Made by a program: the position numbers and the translations under genes. 64,000 bases of DNA from Perkinsus chesapeaki ATCC PRA-425 (Eukaryota > Protista > Perkinsozoa), in NCBI GenBank assembly GCA_013115145.1, contig JAAPAO010000042.1:44082-108081 (forward strand). The letters run 5' to 3'. The notes under the pieces are model-generated. The model did not search any database. It saw only the letters and a list, made by a program, of their open reading frames with translations, and had not been told where the DNA came from. Below, in pieces: positions 51,501 to 63,331 of the stretch; position 1 is the stretch's first letter; every line of letters starts with the position of its first letter.

Positions 51501-53230
51501 TGCGGCCCTGCTAGAATAGAATACAGTAGATGTGGCTGCGGAGTGGTTGTATTCTGGGAGTAGTGGGGCACAGTAGAGCCTTAGGAGGAGCTCGAGAGTG
51601 AAAAGAATTGTTATAACAACGCCTACTGGCGCCAGAAAGTAGCGATCAATTGGGGGTATCCAAGGTGATGGTAGACCACTTAAGAGGGTATGAATGATCG
51701 ATAATGGAACCATTATCCAACATATCAGAGACCTGATTAGAGTTCGTGGTTTGGAGGTTCGGAAAAGCTCAAGGAAGCCAGAATTTCACAAAATCTTCTT
51801 CCATTGGCGTATCTTTTCTGCCCATCAATAATTTTCAACAATTCCATAAAATGCAAAAAATACTGCTTTTTGAATAAATGCCATAAATTTTCCGAATACC
51901 CCCCGCTGAGGGTCGTGCTCAAAAAGGCGTTGAGAATCGCTCAAGCTCCTTCCACAATAGAAGTAAAACTGTGTTCTTGAAAACCTTATGGGCCCCGTAG
52001 TAAAGACTCTTTACAATACGATAATTTTCAAACATAAAACAGTAAGAGTTACAAGTGAGAACCAATGCCTAATAATAATTACTTCTTCGATGTCAACTCT
52101 CACGTTCACAGTGGTCAAGCTCTCGTTCGATTTAATATCCTGCTCCGAGCTCACCTCGCAAAGTCGCCAAGATCAACCTTCCATCCCACCCCAGACGCCC
52201 CAGAGGTCAATCTAACTATCATCTCCCCATGGTGCCCATCGATGGCCCGAACCATCCGATACAGTGCTTCGTGGTCCAAACCAATCCTGAGTACTCCACT
52301 CCCACTTGCACCGTTGGAATGGTCTCACCTTGCAGAGAGGAACTCCTGGAACTCCAAACGAGTGATGACCGGCAGCTGCTGTCGAGTGTATCCAGAGATC
52401 GGAGTGTGGCCGCCGGTGGAGAGGCATGCCTCGGGGGTGCTAGCCTCCAGTGAATCTTCAAGGTGAGTTTTTAAACCGGCACCGAGGAGACCTGTAAAAG
52501 GGTAGGGAGGGGAAATTAAGGAGCATAAGAAAGTGAGTTATGGATGAATGGTTGGAGACCGATATGCGGATATACCAGAAATCCAGCTGCCCACTTACCA
52601 GCTGGAATAGCGACTACTGCTGCCCCAAAGATGACAGCAAATACAGATATAACCTGGCCACCTGTAGAGTAGTCTAACAAATGCGGGAACTCTCCAAGGA
52701 GGACAATTACGGTGTGATACATCGACCGAGGTATAGATGAATATCTGCCAGAACGGTAAACTAGGATAAGTATTATTCATAGGATTATACCTGTTATAGC
52801 ACTGCTGCTGCTGCTCCTCGGGGGTGCCTTGGGGGCAATACACCATCAAAGGATTATCCTTCTCAAAGTAGTAGTACAGACTACTAAACACCAACCAACA
52901 GCTGAGGCCGACCGAACCTAAGATATGGATGATAATACTAATAACTGCACAGGAGATGATTGATGATCACCAGCAGTGAGGAACAGCATCTTCTGTTTGC
53001 GAAATGCTTCTATTAAATTCTCCACACGAGGACTTTCAGAGGCGATAAAGCTATCATCATCAAGAGGTATACCATATTGATCATAGTCATACTCAGTTTT
53101 CAAAGGAGTTGGAGAGAGGAGCGGTATGAGAATACATATCCATTGCGAGAATATAACATAACTCCAGCCCATCAACGGTACCAATATTGCCAAGCTAAGG
53201 TAGTATGGTCCAACTGCTAGCAGCAGTACC
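48514..53230 (-). CDS. Concatenated four-pore-domain cation channel built from Kv/KCNQ-like repeats with non-K+ acidic filters
   Basis: Four S5-P-S6 units with S6 VAIPAG, VAVPLG, TAVPAG, FSLPAG and pore loops LLGEFP, VSGESP, LTGDFP, LGGEWG; repeats II-IV have S1-S4 (LLLLRVFKLERY, FRLLRLMRII, FRVFRIFRIL); II-III and III-IV junctions join by phase-compatible GT-AG introns. Confidence 0.85.
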
Positions 53231-53445
53231 TAACAGACAGCCTTCCCCTCCCTATCGGTCCGCCAACAATGACTTTGGGAAATCCACAGTGGATTTGGTA
53301 GCACCAAATCTCTAGGTTAAGTAAAGCGTCACTCCACTCAATGGACACCTAATTCATTCCGGTTACTAAACGGGTTTGGGAGGAGCCAATTGGTGTCTTT
53401 ATTGTATTATTGTTAGTGTCATACACGTCATTGTTGTGTGAAGTA

Positions 53446-53700
53446 TCATACCGCTCCTTCCTCCCAAACTACCCAAATCTTCCTTTGCCGATGATGATGA
53501 TGATGCTCTTCTCCTTCTTCTTCCTCCCTATTACCATGCCACTCCTTTACTACTGCTACTCCCAACGCCGCAGTCAGCGCCAACGCCAAGGATAACTGAT
53601 AAGTTTGTAGTGTTATCCACATCCATAATGGTAATGATAGATTAATGGTATTGGTTATTATACCAAACACACCAAATGATACGATACCAAAAAATGATAA
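53446..53700 (-). other. Transmembrane-coding fragment paralogous to 56777-57043
   Basis: YQLSLALALTAALGVAVVKEWHGNREE versus FQSLSAILGFGVICGVAVVKEWHGDREE; ~75 nt of clear nucleotide similarity. Confidence 0.55.
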
Positions 53701-53761
53701 TATTAAATCAGACCTTAATAATGCAACAAGTCGGGCCTACAGGAATTAACAGCTAGAGGTG

Positions 53762-54031
53762 TCAGAAAAGGGTGTTGAGTATTACTCTATACGTAGACAT
53801 TCTTCCTTTATATAAACCATCATTGAGTACTGCGGGGGGCAGTTTATCATTACTGTTAATATTTGAATCGATACCGGCCTCCGTGGTGGCCAGCGGCGGC
53901 CTACCATCCCCTACAACTTGGTATTGACCTATTTTATCTAGATGGTGATGAGGACCGAGTAAAGGAGCATCGAGAGACAATGCGGAGGATGGGATATCAT
54001 CTTGAGGACGCTTTAATAATAGGGATGACAT
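53762..54031 (-). CDS. Probable N-terminal exon of a membrane protein (assignment to channel or neighbour unresolved)
   Basis: MSSLLLKRPQDDIPSSALSLDAPLLGP... low-complexity N-tail with a DxxLL motif. Confidence 0.3.
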   Translation of the reverse strand: MSSLLLKRPQDDIPSSALSLDAPLLGPHHHLDKIGQYQVVGDGRPPLATTEAGIDSNINSNDKLPPAVLNDGLYKGRMSTYRVILNTLF

Positions 54032-54243
54032 AAGCCTTAAATTATAAGATATAAGTTTCCAAGCCATAATACTTATTAACTTATACAACACAAGACGAGC
54101 CGAGCATCGTTATATTGGCCATAAGACCTCTCCGTGAAGAATAGAGCTGGTCAGGTATGTGCTGCTTTTGATAATATTCTGTCGACCGACTACGAGCAAA
54201 TGGTTCGTAACAGAACTCGTTTAAGTCTTCTTCAACCTCTTCT

Positions 54244-54780
54244 TTACCTCTTTCCATGATAGATTCCTGGTAGAGCACAAGCCAATCCTATGTAATAAAG
54301 AGATGAGACAGCAAATGCAGGATTAACTTCTGGGTAAAGTAGTATATCGCCCACCAATTCAGTTGATGGAAGGATACTACCAAGGTTGAAAGCTTCACCA
54401 TTAAGGCGGACCAAAGAAAATCTTTGTGGTGGGAAATGAGCAATGATATGCCTGGCCAATAGGAAGTTCATGAATCTCTCATAGACATCATTACGACTCG
54501 CCTGGTCCCACTGGAGACGCACGCCACCAGCTGGGCTTACAATATATGGCACCTCCACCTGTACGGTCTCCTCTGGGGAGGCAAGGACGAATACCGAGTT
54601 TTAAGCATCTAGTCAGAACATCATCCTAATATCAACTTGAGCATCAATACGACTATGATAAAGAGTTCCACTGTAGGGTGATGATGGGGGAGGTTGAGGC
54701 GTGGTGGTGGTGGCATTGGTTGTATCGCAAATGCATAGATGCAATACAACCGAAAAGAATACAACAAGTATGCGAAGCAT
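54244..54780 (-). pseudogene. Secreted-protein pseudogene, paralog of 62777-63331
   Basis: Signal peptide MLRILVVFFSVVLHLCIC, Thr/Pro linker, gap-free alignment to the paralog, but in-frame TGA (54613-54615) and TAA (54601-54603). Confidence 0.8.
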
Positions 54781-54984
54781 TTGTTACTGACAAGGGAAAT
54801 GTAAACTCCACCAAGACATTTCTGACACGACAACGCAGATGGTTAATCCTGATGGATTAATCATCAGAAAATGTCAGCTTAGTACTATAGAGAGATACAA
54901 CAACGGGCACGAGACATCAATCATAACACCTACTCGACTGAACTCATGAAAAGCCTCAAAAAGTAGTACTACTCAAGCGAAAAA

Positions 54985-56330
54985 TCATCCTGCGGGAGTT
55001 CCTTCATCCAAGGCGCGCGTTCCTGCAAGAACGACGCGGCGAGCAAGCGCTTCCCAGCACCGGCCAGTGTGAAGGAAAGCATCCACGTCGCAAGGAAACC
55101 AAAGGGGTCGGCGTCTCAAGCTCAGTTTGGACCGCGGGGGGTGCGAGCCAGCCAACCCTCTCTCGCAGCAATTATATGACCAGCTATCGATGCCAACCAC
55201 CTCCGCATGCATTCCCAATGAGCTATTGTTGCACCACGTGCTTAGAATAACAATAAAGCTTCGACGAGGCCTTTCTGACCTCGGACTCTTTGAGATGTTA
55301 CAAAGGAGAGGTCGCTGGAAGAGCGGCCCACATGTCATGATCTTCGCAGCTGATAGAGCTCAGCTTCACGTATACGCGGGATTGGATATTTTGCTGAGAT
55401 GGCTCATGCGAAATCCGTTAGCCTTATCACTTTCCTTTCCCTCAGCTGAGCTGAACATGAAGAGTTTTGGGAAAGAGAGGTCTCAAATAATAATAGTGAT
55501 GAAACAATTAATACACCACAGGGCACCGGACTTTCACCACTCGTACCGGGTAGTCCAGCACCGCATTAGCTGTCGAGATGTTACTCAGAGCTGAGCTTCC
55601 GGCCGTATCTTTGCTTGGAGTAGTGGCATTTTTGACACTCGTCTGTTTGACTGTTACGCTTCTGAATGGTTGAGGAGGCTAGTGCTTCTTTGCTCAATCC
55701 CCAGTCATCGGAATTCCTCGATTCGTTCAATTCATCATCATCTTCATCATCAGCCGGCTTAGCACATGAACGAAGAGTATACTATTGAGAAGGAAGAGGT
55801 CGCATATGGGCAAACCTCGATGAAGTTGCAAATAGACTACAAGTAGATTTGATGCCGTCATAACAGGTTTGGTGATGATGATCGAAGTAATCGAAGAATA
55901 TTAAACTTACCACCACCACCAGCAGCAGCAACAGATGGTGGTTCCGCTAATAGATACGCGGTGAATAGCTACGACGGAGTGTGATAGCGTTTTAATGCTA
56001 CTTCTATTATGACTAGTAATAGGTAGTTCTACCACCACTGCAGTGGAAGGAGGTAATAAATACCCTGAATAGAGGACCTTGAAGAAGTGGCAAACACTAC
56101 GGTAGGAGAGAAGGCGATTCGAGGATGAACAGGCGTTTGAACACCATCTAAATGCAACATCCAACAGCAGCTCAACAGGATCTCAGACCTACCTGCGTGC
56201 TACTTAAGTGAGTATCGATGCTGCCCAGCGTATACCTGAATTGGCGGCATATAATTTTGCCTGAATGCCAGGAATGTGGAGACAATTATCTTTGGGAATA
56301 GTCAACATATCATAACAATCATCCGACTGG
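54985..56330 (-). CDS. Hypothetical multi-exon protein
   Basis: Splice-bounded open segments including an acidic DDEDDDE exon and DVAFRWCSNAC...SVCHFFKVLYSGYLLPP. Confidence 0.3.
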
Positions 56331-56422
56331 CTTGGTGGGCCCACAGTTTCCTGGATCGCTATATTTATGGACGATGATAAGGCGGCTTTATATGAATAGT
56401 AATAACATGTACATGTGCGGCT

Positions 56423-56651
56423 GCTGCCACTGCTGCTGTTTTATCATTCTATCCTCCATCGCTGCCACTGCTGCTGTTTTATCATTCTATCCTCCATCGC
56501 TGCCACTGCTGCTGTTTTATCATTCTATCCTCCNNNNNNNNNNNNNNNNNNNNNNNNNNNNNNNNNNNNNNNNNNNNNNNNNNNNNNNNNNNNNNNNNNN
56601 NNNNNNNNNNNNNNNNNNNNNNNNNNNNNNNNCATCGCTGCCACTGCTGCT
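56423..56651. repeat. 38-bp minisatellite spanning an assembly gap
   Basis: gctgccactgctgctgttttatcattctatcctccatc at 56423 and 56461, near-complete at 56499, N run 56534-56632, partial unit after the gap. Confidence 0.95.
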
Positions 56652-56776
56652 GACCTCATTCGGTTGATTAAGCCAGTGTCCAATACGGCAAGTTATGAAA
56701 TATGTATTCTATAAGGATGATAGGCTTCGAGCAACTAAGACGAGGAGAAGTTAATCAACAAGGAAGAGTGTCTTAT

Positions 56777-57043
56777 CTATACCTCATCAGATCCTCCTTT
56801 CCGATGATGTTTCACCGAGTGTCTCGCTTTAGTACCCTGTTGTGGTCGCCAATCTCCTTGCAAGGATAACGGCCTCTGTGAATGCCTCCTTTGTTCTCCG
56901 CCTTCCTCCCTATCACCATGCCACTCCTTTACTACGGCTACACCGCAGATGACGCCAAAGCCAAGGATAGCTGATAGGCTTTGAAACTGATGGAACCATT
57001 TAGTGGTACCAAGAGGAGCATCCTCCAAGTCGAAGGTTTCCAT
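56777..57043 (-). CDS. Terminal exon of a membrane protein (TM helix plus charged tail)
   Basis: AG-preceded exon ending ...GFGVICGVAVVKEWHGDREEGG...GSDEV-stop; upstream exons not identified. Confidence 0.4.
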   Translation of the reverse strand: METFDLEDAPLGTTKWFHQFQSLSAILGFGVICGVAVVKEWHGDREEGGEQRRHSQRPLSLQGDWRPQQGTKARHSVKHHRKGGSDEV

Positions 57044-57283
57044 TGATGCGCCTGGTTAAGGCCAACATCTTCGTTTAAATATACAGATATTAATAGAAAT
57101 TTAATATATAGTATTTCTCAATCAACACAGAGCACATTTAAGGTGCGATTACCGAATGAGTTTTGCGTCAACTTGGAAGGAGAAATATTGAAAAAGACTG
57201 ACAAGATGATTGGCTCTCATTTTTCCATGTTGCGCCTTCACTGCAGACGCTGCAGCCCTGGGCCTAATTAAAGAATGACGAAA

Positions 57284-57356
57284 TGACCATAGGCGGCATA
57301 GAACCCACGACCTCGACGTGGAGAAACTGTTATTTTACCGCTACACTAAACTGACC
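57284..57356 (-). pseudogene. Degenerate tRNA-like sequence (possibly Trp-CCA-derived)
   Basis: 73 nt with A-box TAGTGTAGCGGT and B-box-like GGTTCTATGCC at tRNA spacing, but the stems pair poorly. Confidence 0.35.
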
Positions 57357-57679
57357 GATATTCCTCAGGTGCCTTTATGTATCGATGCTCAGTCTCGGCC
57401 ACAACTCACTTTCACACCTATCAATTCTACAATCCAGCGAGTCGTACATGCCTTTACAGTGTTGAATCCTTAATAAGTCATGACCCATGGCATATCCTGA
57501 GCCTCCTCCATCCGTGTCAGTATACGTATTAGTTACAGCAGTAGTAACAATAGTATCGGTTGGTATTACTATTATACCTATATACTGCCCACCAACCCCC
57601 AATCCATGGTATTCCCCAGTACTAGTAATAACCCTATCATATCAAACACCACCACCACCCTCAAGACTCATTCTCTCAG

Positions 57680-60519
57680 ATTGCTGGTCCCAGTGTAGCT
57701 CTTTCAACTGCCCTTAATATCCGTCTGTTCACCGTAATGGGTATTGTCGGCATTATCAGTGTTTGGATTGGCCTTGGCGTTGGTATGCTGGTCCATTACA
57801 TCTTCGATGTTGCCAATGGTGGTGTCTACAGCCGTATGTGGGCCTGCTTGCTTCTCTATCCCTACACCTTTGTATCGTCTCTCGGCATGCCTGCTGCCAA
57901 GTGCAAGCTCGGTGACTTCACCTTGGCGAATCTGGCCACAGCCCTCGCCTACATACCGGTTGGTTTCTACGTTGGTGATGCTTACTCCGAGGCATGGATT
58001 GCCGGCGTCAGTGTGACCTTCGGCACCATCGTTCCCTGGATTGTTATATTCCTATTTCAAGCTTTCCATCTCATCCCCTCCCCCGGGCTGCCCATCACAC
58101 AACAGCTGCCTTACTCCGCGGCAAACTTCTTTGACTTATTGACTGGCTACTTCATATGTGCCAGCGATCACAAAAATGCTATCAGTGCTGAGTCGGAGGA
58201 ATTCTCGCAGGTCTGCTTCGCTGCGGCCAAACAAAAACTGCCTGTCAAACTGAGTTCCGTCTTTTGGAATATTGCCGGTGAATTGTTTTCCCTAAAAGAC
58301 TGTCTATTAATTCAGGACCTCGAGCCTGGTATCATTGCTTATATTTGGAAGCCTCTGGCGACCGATTTCTCACTACTTCGTTCGGAGGTCGGTATAGTGC
58401 TGCGGAAGACCGCCCGTGGCGTTCCGGAGGAGGCGGATAGGAATCTGGACGGAAGGATCGTCCACTGTGGCGAGCTCATCATCGACGTCGTGTCCGATCT
58501 GAACCGGCGTGCTGTGGAAGGGTCGATCAAACGGCCCTCTACTACGGCTATTGTCCAGTTCTATTATGCACTTGGTTCGATGATGTATATTGCCGGATTG
58601 GCTGAGAAATATAGAGTAGCAAGTGTGGCACAGAAAAGGGAGGAACAACAGGCTAGGTTGGATAAGAAAAATAGGGTACTAATAGGGGTGCTGGAGACTG
58701 ATGGTAAATGGGCCTTGGCGTATCTTTCACAACTTTCCTCGAGCATTTAGACTCCCTCCCAATTGGTGATGATTTATTGTAAGGATTCCTACACTTGTTA
58801 ATGTTCTATGCTTTGTGAAATTGATGCTATAACACCCCAAAATTGATATCCTTATTTAGCGATCTCTGGAAAACATAGTAATGTGGTGTAGGCGTATCTT
58901 AGGTTGATGCTTACCCGCTTGCTACGACTGTCTAACAATGCATAAATTAAGTCTTCACTGAATTGCGAAGTTATTTACCCTCCCGCACTTGGCGAAAACT
59001 GTTCCTGTTTCGAAATCCAATTGTATATATTTCTCTATTTTGCCAAGTTCGCGTCTCTAGATCTTGCTGGATTCTCCGATGGATCCAGTCCACTTGTTAG
59101 ATACTTAATCGTCGTGCTTTGCTTAATATTCCTATATCCTTCTGGAAGGGTATTGTTGCCTGGTTTAAGAAACCGTTCTTCTACGACATTAAGGAGAAGT
59201 CCGATATTTGGCGTCGTCTGATCTTCCCTTTGCGGTTTAGTCTCACCTTATTCGCCTTGGCATTTTCAATGGTTGTGTGGGGCATGTACAGCGAGACAGT
59301 TGCTCTCCATGGCTTCTGGGCTGTCATTCCGGTATACGTTAGTTTCCTGCCCACAGCCGGTGCCACCCTCATCAAAGGCACGAGGCGAATCTGCGGCACT
59401 TTGCTGGGGGGTGCCGTTGCTGTTATTTGCATCCTGGCCAATCCTGGTGATCGTGCTGCATTCTTCTGCGAGATGATAATAATAGTATTTCTCGGCAGGC
59501 TTGCCCAGTTCGACAAGCGTATCGATTATGCTGGGTACGTGTTCTCCCTGACATGGCTAATGGTCGGCTTTGGTTCAATCCTGGTCGCTGAGACTAAAGG
59601 GGACATGCTCTACACAACGCTCTGGAGGTTCGTCTTCACCACCTCTGGCGTCGTTATCACCACAATATCAAGCTGCTTTATCTTTCCCGAGTTTGCATCT
59701 TCGAAGCTCGATCGTGCCTCGGCCAGGATGCTGGCAGGAGTCTCAGACAAGGTCGTGTCGGCACTAGATGATTTCTATTACCAAACGGAAGGCTTGGCTC
59801 GAAATGGCGTACATTCGGATGGAGATAGCACTACCGCCGATGAGGCAACACCCCCACCGGTGATCTCGGATGACCGAGAGCAGTTTGGTGCTGCCGGCTT
59901 CAAGTCCATGGCCGAACGCGCGGCGCTGTTAGATGACGCGAAGGTCGAGACTATAGTCTTCAAAAAGATACATCTGGTCCATGATGTCACCAAGCGTGTG
60001 TTGAAGAACCAGAAGTTAATGAACGAGGTGCTTCGTGATGGTTTGGTTCTGTACAGCTCCTTGGTGTTATCGGCGAAGCATCTCAACGATCCCTCTGTCT
60101 CACAGGCGTTGTTTCCCTTGGTAGGGAGCATTCGTGAGCTCGCTAAAGCAATAAAGACGTCCTCTGATAGAATGGTTAACTATCTCTATGACGCAGGTTC
60201 AACACCTGGTATGCTGGACCATTTGCCGAGTGATGTGCATGCCTTGGTCGAGGAATGCGCGGACAACTTCCAGAGCTTTCGGAAGGATGTTGTCGAAGAT
60301 GTTATGAATGGCGGAAATAAACTGCAAGCAATGCGAGGCATCAACGGCGTAAGTTTTTGTCATACTGTTTACGCCTTGACTATGTTTGCGGAGAGATGGA
60401 ACGCCTTGGAAGCTCAACTACACTCAGGCGGTCACAATGCCACTGTTGAACTGGCGACCCGGCCGCCTCCAGCCCAAATGGCTCTGATGGTCCTTCGATC
60501 GAGATCTAATATGGTCTGA
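57680..60519 (+). CDS. ALMT/FUSC (ArAE) family transporter, probably two membrane modules joined across an intron
   Basis: Second ORF: FWAVIPVYVSFLPTAGATLIKGTRRICGTLLGG...YAGYVFSLTW...RFVFTTSGVVI...IFPEFAS; first ORF is a second multi-TM block; phase-0 AGG|GT (~58673) to AG|GGT (~59149) join is possible; 5' exon unresolved. Confidence 0.8.
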
Positions 60520-60663
60520 TGCTGCTGTTTTAATACGTTCTTGTCATCATTATTACATTTCTCATTAAAAATCTTATTTAGTTTGTCAACTAATCTCGGT
60601 GGCTCCCACCGTGCTGCCAAGGTCGGAAAGGCGGAATTGTGGCAGATATTTCAATACTGTTAT

Positions 60664-62212
60664 ATGCCATTTTATTCCCGTCAGCTATCAAGAACTTTCG
60701 GTCGCCGATTTGTTGCCACAGTAGTCAGCTCGGCGGTGAAAGCCAAGAATGGTCCTAAAGTTCAATGGAAGAAGATTGCAGTTCTTGTCGGGGCTACAGG
60801 ATTGTGTAGGTGGTGGTATTTCCAACGACAGCACTTTACCGTCCTTCAGCGGTTGCCGTCGGTAATGTTATTTACGATTATGTTGTATTGAAGAATCTTG
60901 AAGAGATAGATTATGCAGTTAGGACAGGGTTAAAGTGGGATCCAGGTACGAAGCAACTCCAGCCTCACCAACAACTCAGAGCTGTTTACCTTGCGTTGTT
61001 TGCCAATCACCCTTCCTCATACCACCGCAGGGCGCCACTGTCTGCGTGATGCACCCACGGTATGGCTTCCCTTTAACTGCGCCGTACAAACAGCACCTGA
61101 ATCCAGCGGAAATAGGATTTGGCACGGGTCAATTCCATTTCATCACGAAAAAGATTTCGAGCATTCTTGGCTTCCTCGCCGAAATTGATACCAGTTATCG
61201 CTTCAGAATGGGACTTTTACGAGCTGCTAGATGATTCTGATATGCTAGTGCAGCCCACTGTTGATGAAGTTATCAAAAAAAGCAGGAAAAAGTATGCACT
61301 TCGTTGCTGACTTGAGAACATCAGTGAGGTGCTTTCAGATGGGAAAGTGACAACAACGTAAACCGACGATTGGTCATCATGGTTCGACATGGTAGCGTTG
61401 AAACCGAAAAGTGAGAGACTACATCTGTGCTAGGGTTGAGAGCTAGCTCCTATTCAGCGCCCATACGACACTGTCTGATGCTGGCATTAAGGAGATGGAG
61501 CTCACGGCTGAGAGGATATCATTGCTTCTTACCAAGACTGGTGGAGTTGTACGAGCGGTGGCACATGGGGGCTCTGAAGAGTCCAAGTACGAAGACACAC
61601 CGGCAATCCGATACTCTTCCAATCTCCAGAGCATCCGCTGCAATATTGTCAAATCGATTGAATGCTGAAATGGAAGCCACGCCACTACTTGATGAAGGAT
61701 TTCCGGAGATGCCGGTGAGATTGTGGCGAACTTTAATGACTTAAAATAGAGCCTTCCGACACTAGGTCACCTACACCGCAGCTCTGTACGATGCTTTGTG
61801 TTTTTATAGGATCCTCCAGTGGCAAGTCTAACCCCAGATATGATACAGCCCGAGGAAACTGCTCGTCTCGAGTCGGGGTAGATGAGGTGGTGTGAGCGGC
61901 GAAGGTCAGTGGTTTTGTGTTCAGTTATCGGACGTATTTTGACAGACCTTCTAAAGATAAGGCTGCGGAAGGAGGAAAGTTGGGAGTTGATATTATTGTT
62001 GGTCACGGTAACCAACTTAGATATCTTGTAAGGAGGTATCCAACTCTTGTGATTGATGTATTTTATATTAGCTTTGTCGAGCATTGCAACTGTCATCTAC
62101 TTATTGGTTGAGATTTTCACTGAGTCCAGCATCGATAACAATGATCGACATAACAAATGAAGGAAGAGTTCAAGCCTTGAGAATTGGTGACTCTGGACAT
62201 CTCTCGCCATGA
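60664..62212 (+). CDS. PGAM5: PGAM5-like mitochondrial histidine-phosphatase family protein
   Basis: Basic presequence plus TM, then spliced RRLVIMVRHG, TLSDAGIKEMELTAERI, LLDEGFPEMP|DPP, ETARLES.YRTYFDR, IIVGHGNQLRYL|LCRALQLSSTYWLRFSLSPASIT...GRVQALRIGDSGHL-TGA. Confidence 0.9.
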
Positions 62213-62776
62213 CCTTTGTTGTTTCTGACGTGGAACAGTTTCCGATTTAGCGTCATCTGATTTGTTTAGCAAGAGTAGTTTCGGAAACGCCTGTCGAGCA
62301 TTGCTCCTCTGAAGTCTAACAATCGCGTTCCCTTTTTTGAGCAAGATTAAACATGAAAAGGCACGGGAGTGTGGGTAGGACGCACTGTACATGTATAGCC
62401 TGTACAGCGTGTCAACGACTTGGGGGGTCTCGACTACCTGATGATGCCTACAACAATCGCGTGCGTTGTGTTATTGGGACACAGAGATGGCTGGGAACAC
62501 TCCCTTAGTCTATGTTATTTCACCTACACTCGCAGAGGCCTGCTACGTTAACGCATAATTAAGGCAGCCGCGGGATACCAATGTTCCCAACTGGTGAACT
62601 CAACGACGTAGAACTACATGTAGGACTTCTACAATAGGAGTAATGACAGAGTGGGGACGGACACTGACAATAACAACGTGCCTATAATATAGGCCCTATA
62701 TCCAATGGCACACAAAGCATGCCTACACGGAATGGGCAACTAAGAACTTCATTATAGCCTTTCATTTACCATACTC

Positions 62777-63331
62777 CTAAGAGATATCTTCTAGTGATCT
62801 CGGTCCAGGGCCCTTCCAATGGAAAATGGCAGGTAGAGCACATGACAATGCTGCATAGAAGAAGGGTGCGACACCATAAGTAGCTGGGTTGTACTGGAGG
62901 TAGAATGTACTCTGTTGCGGGTCTCCAATGAGAAAGATGGCCAATGGTTCGTTGGCATTATCCACCATGATGATTCTATTTAGTTGGTCCATTGGTGGTT
63001 GAGATAACAGATCGTTCCTTATGAGGAATGCAATAAGTCTATCATACCTATACTGAGGTTCAGCGTCTCTCCAGTGTAGAAGAACTTGACTCGGGTTATC
63101 AATACCGTACGGGACTCTGAACTCTTCCCTGTCGGTAGGCGAGTTGAATATTATCAGAACTTCTTGTGCCTCAACCGCGAACATAATAGATACATCCCAC
63201 GCTTGATTGGCTCGTGTACGATAGAACCTTCCACGGTAGGGAGAAGTAGGAGGCGGTGTCGTCGTCGTACCAATAGACAATGGTAATGTCATCATAACAT
63301 ATAGGAATGAATGAATATGTGGCGTAACCAT
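62777..63331 (-). CDS. Intronless secreted hypothetical protein (intact paralog of 54244-54780)
   Basis: 184 aa, hydrophobic N-terminus, TTTTPPPTSPY linker, C-terminal YAALSCALPAIFHWK. Confidence 0.8.
   Translation of the reverse strand: MVTPHIHSFLYVMMTLPLSIGTTTTPPPTSPYRGRFYRTRANQAWDVSIMFAVEAQEVLIIFNSPTDREEFRVPYGIDNPSQVLLHWRDAEPQYRYDRLIAFLIRNDLLSQPPMDQLNRIIMVDNANEPLAIFLIGDPQQSTFYLQYNPATYGVAPFFYAALSCALPAIFHWKGPGPRSLEDIS

Noticed and set aside
55255-55345. Plus-strand LRRG...LQRRGRWKS, resembling a tyrosine-recombinase C-terminus
   Set aside because: Spacing is about five residues short, the catalytic His and Tyr are absent, no RT or element ends lie nearby, and it overlaps a probable minus-strand gene
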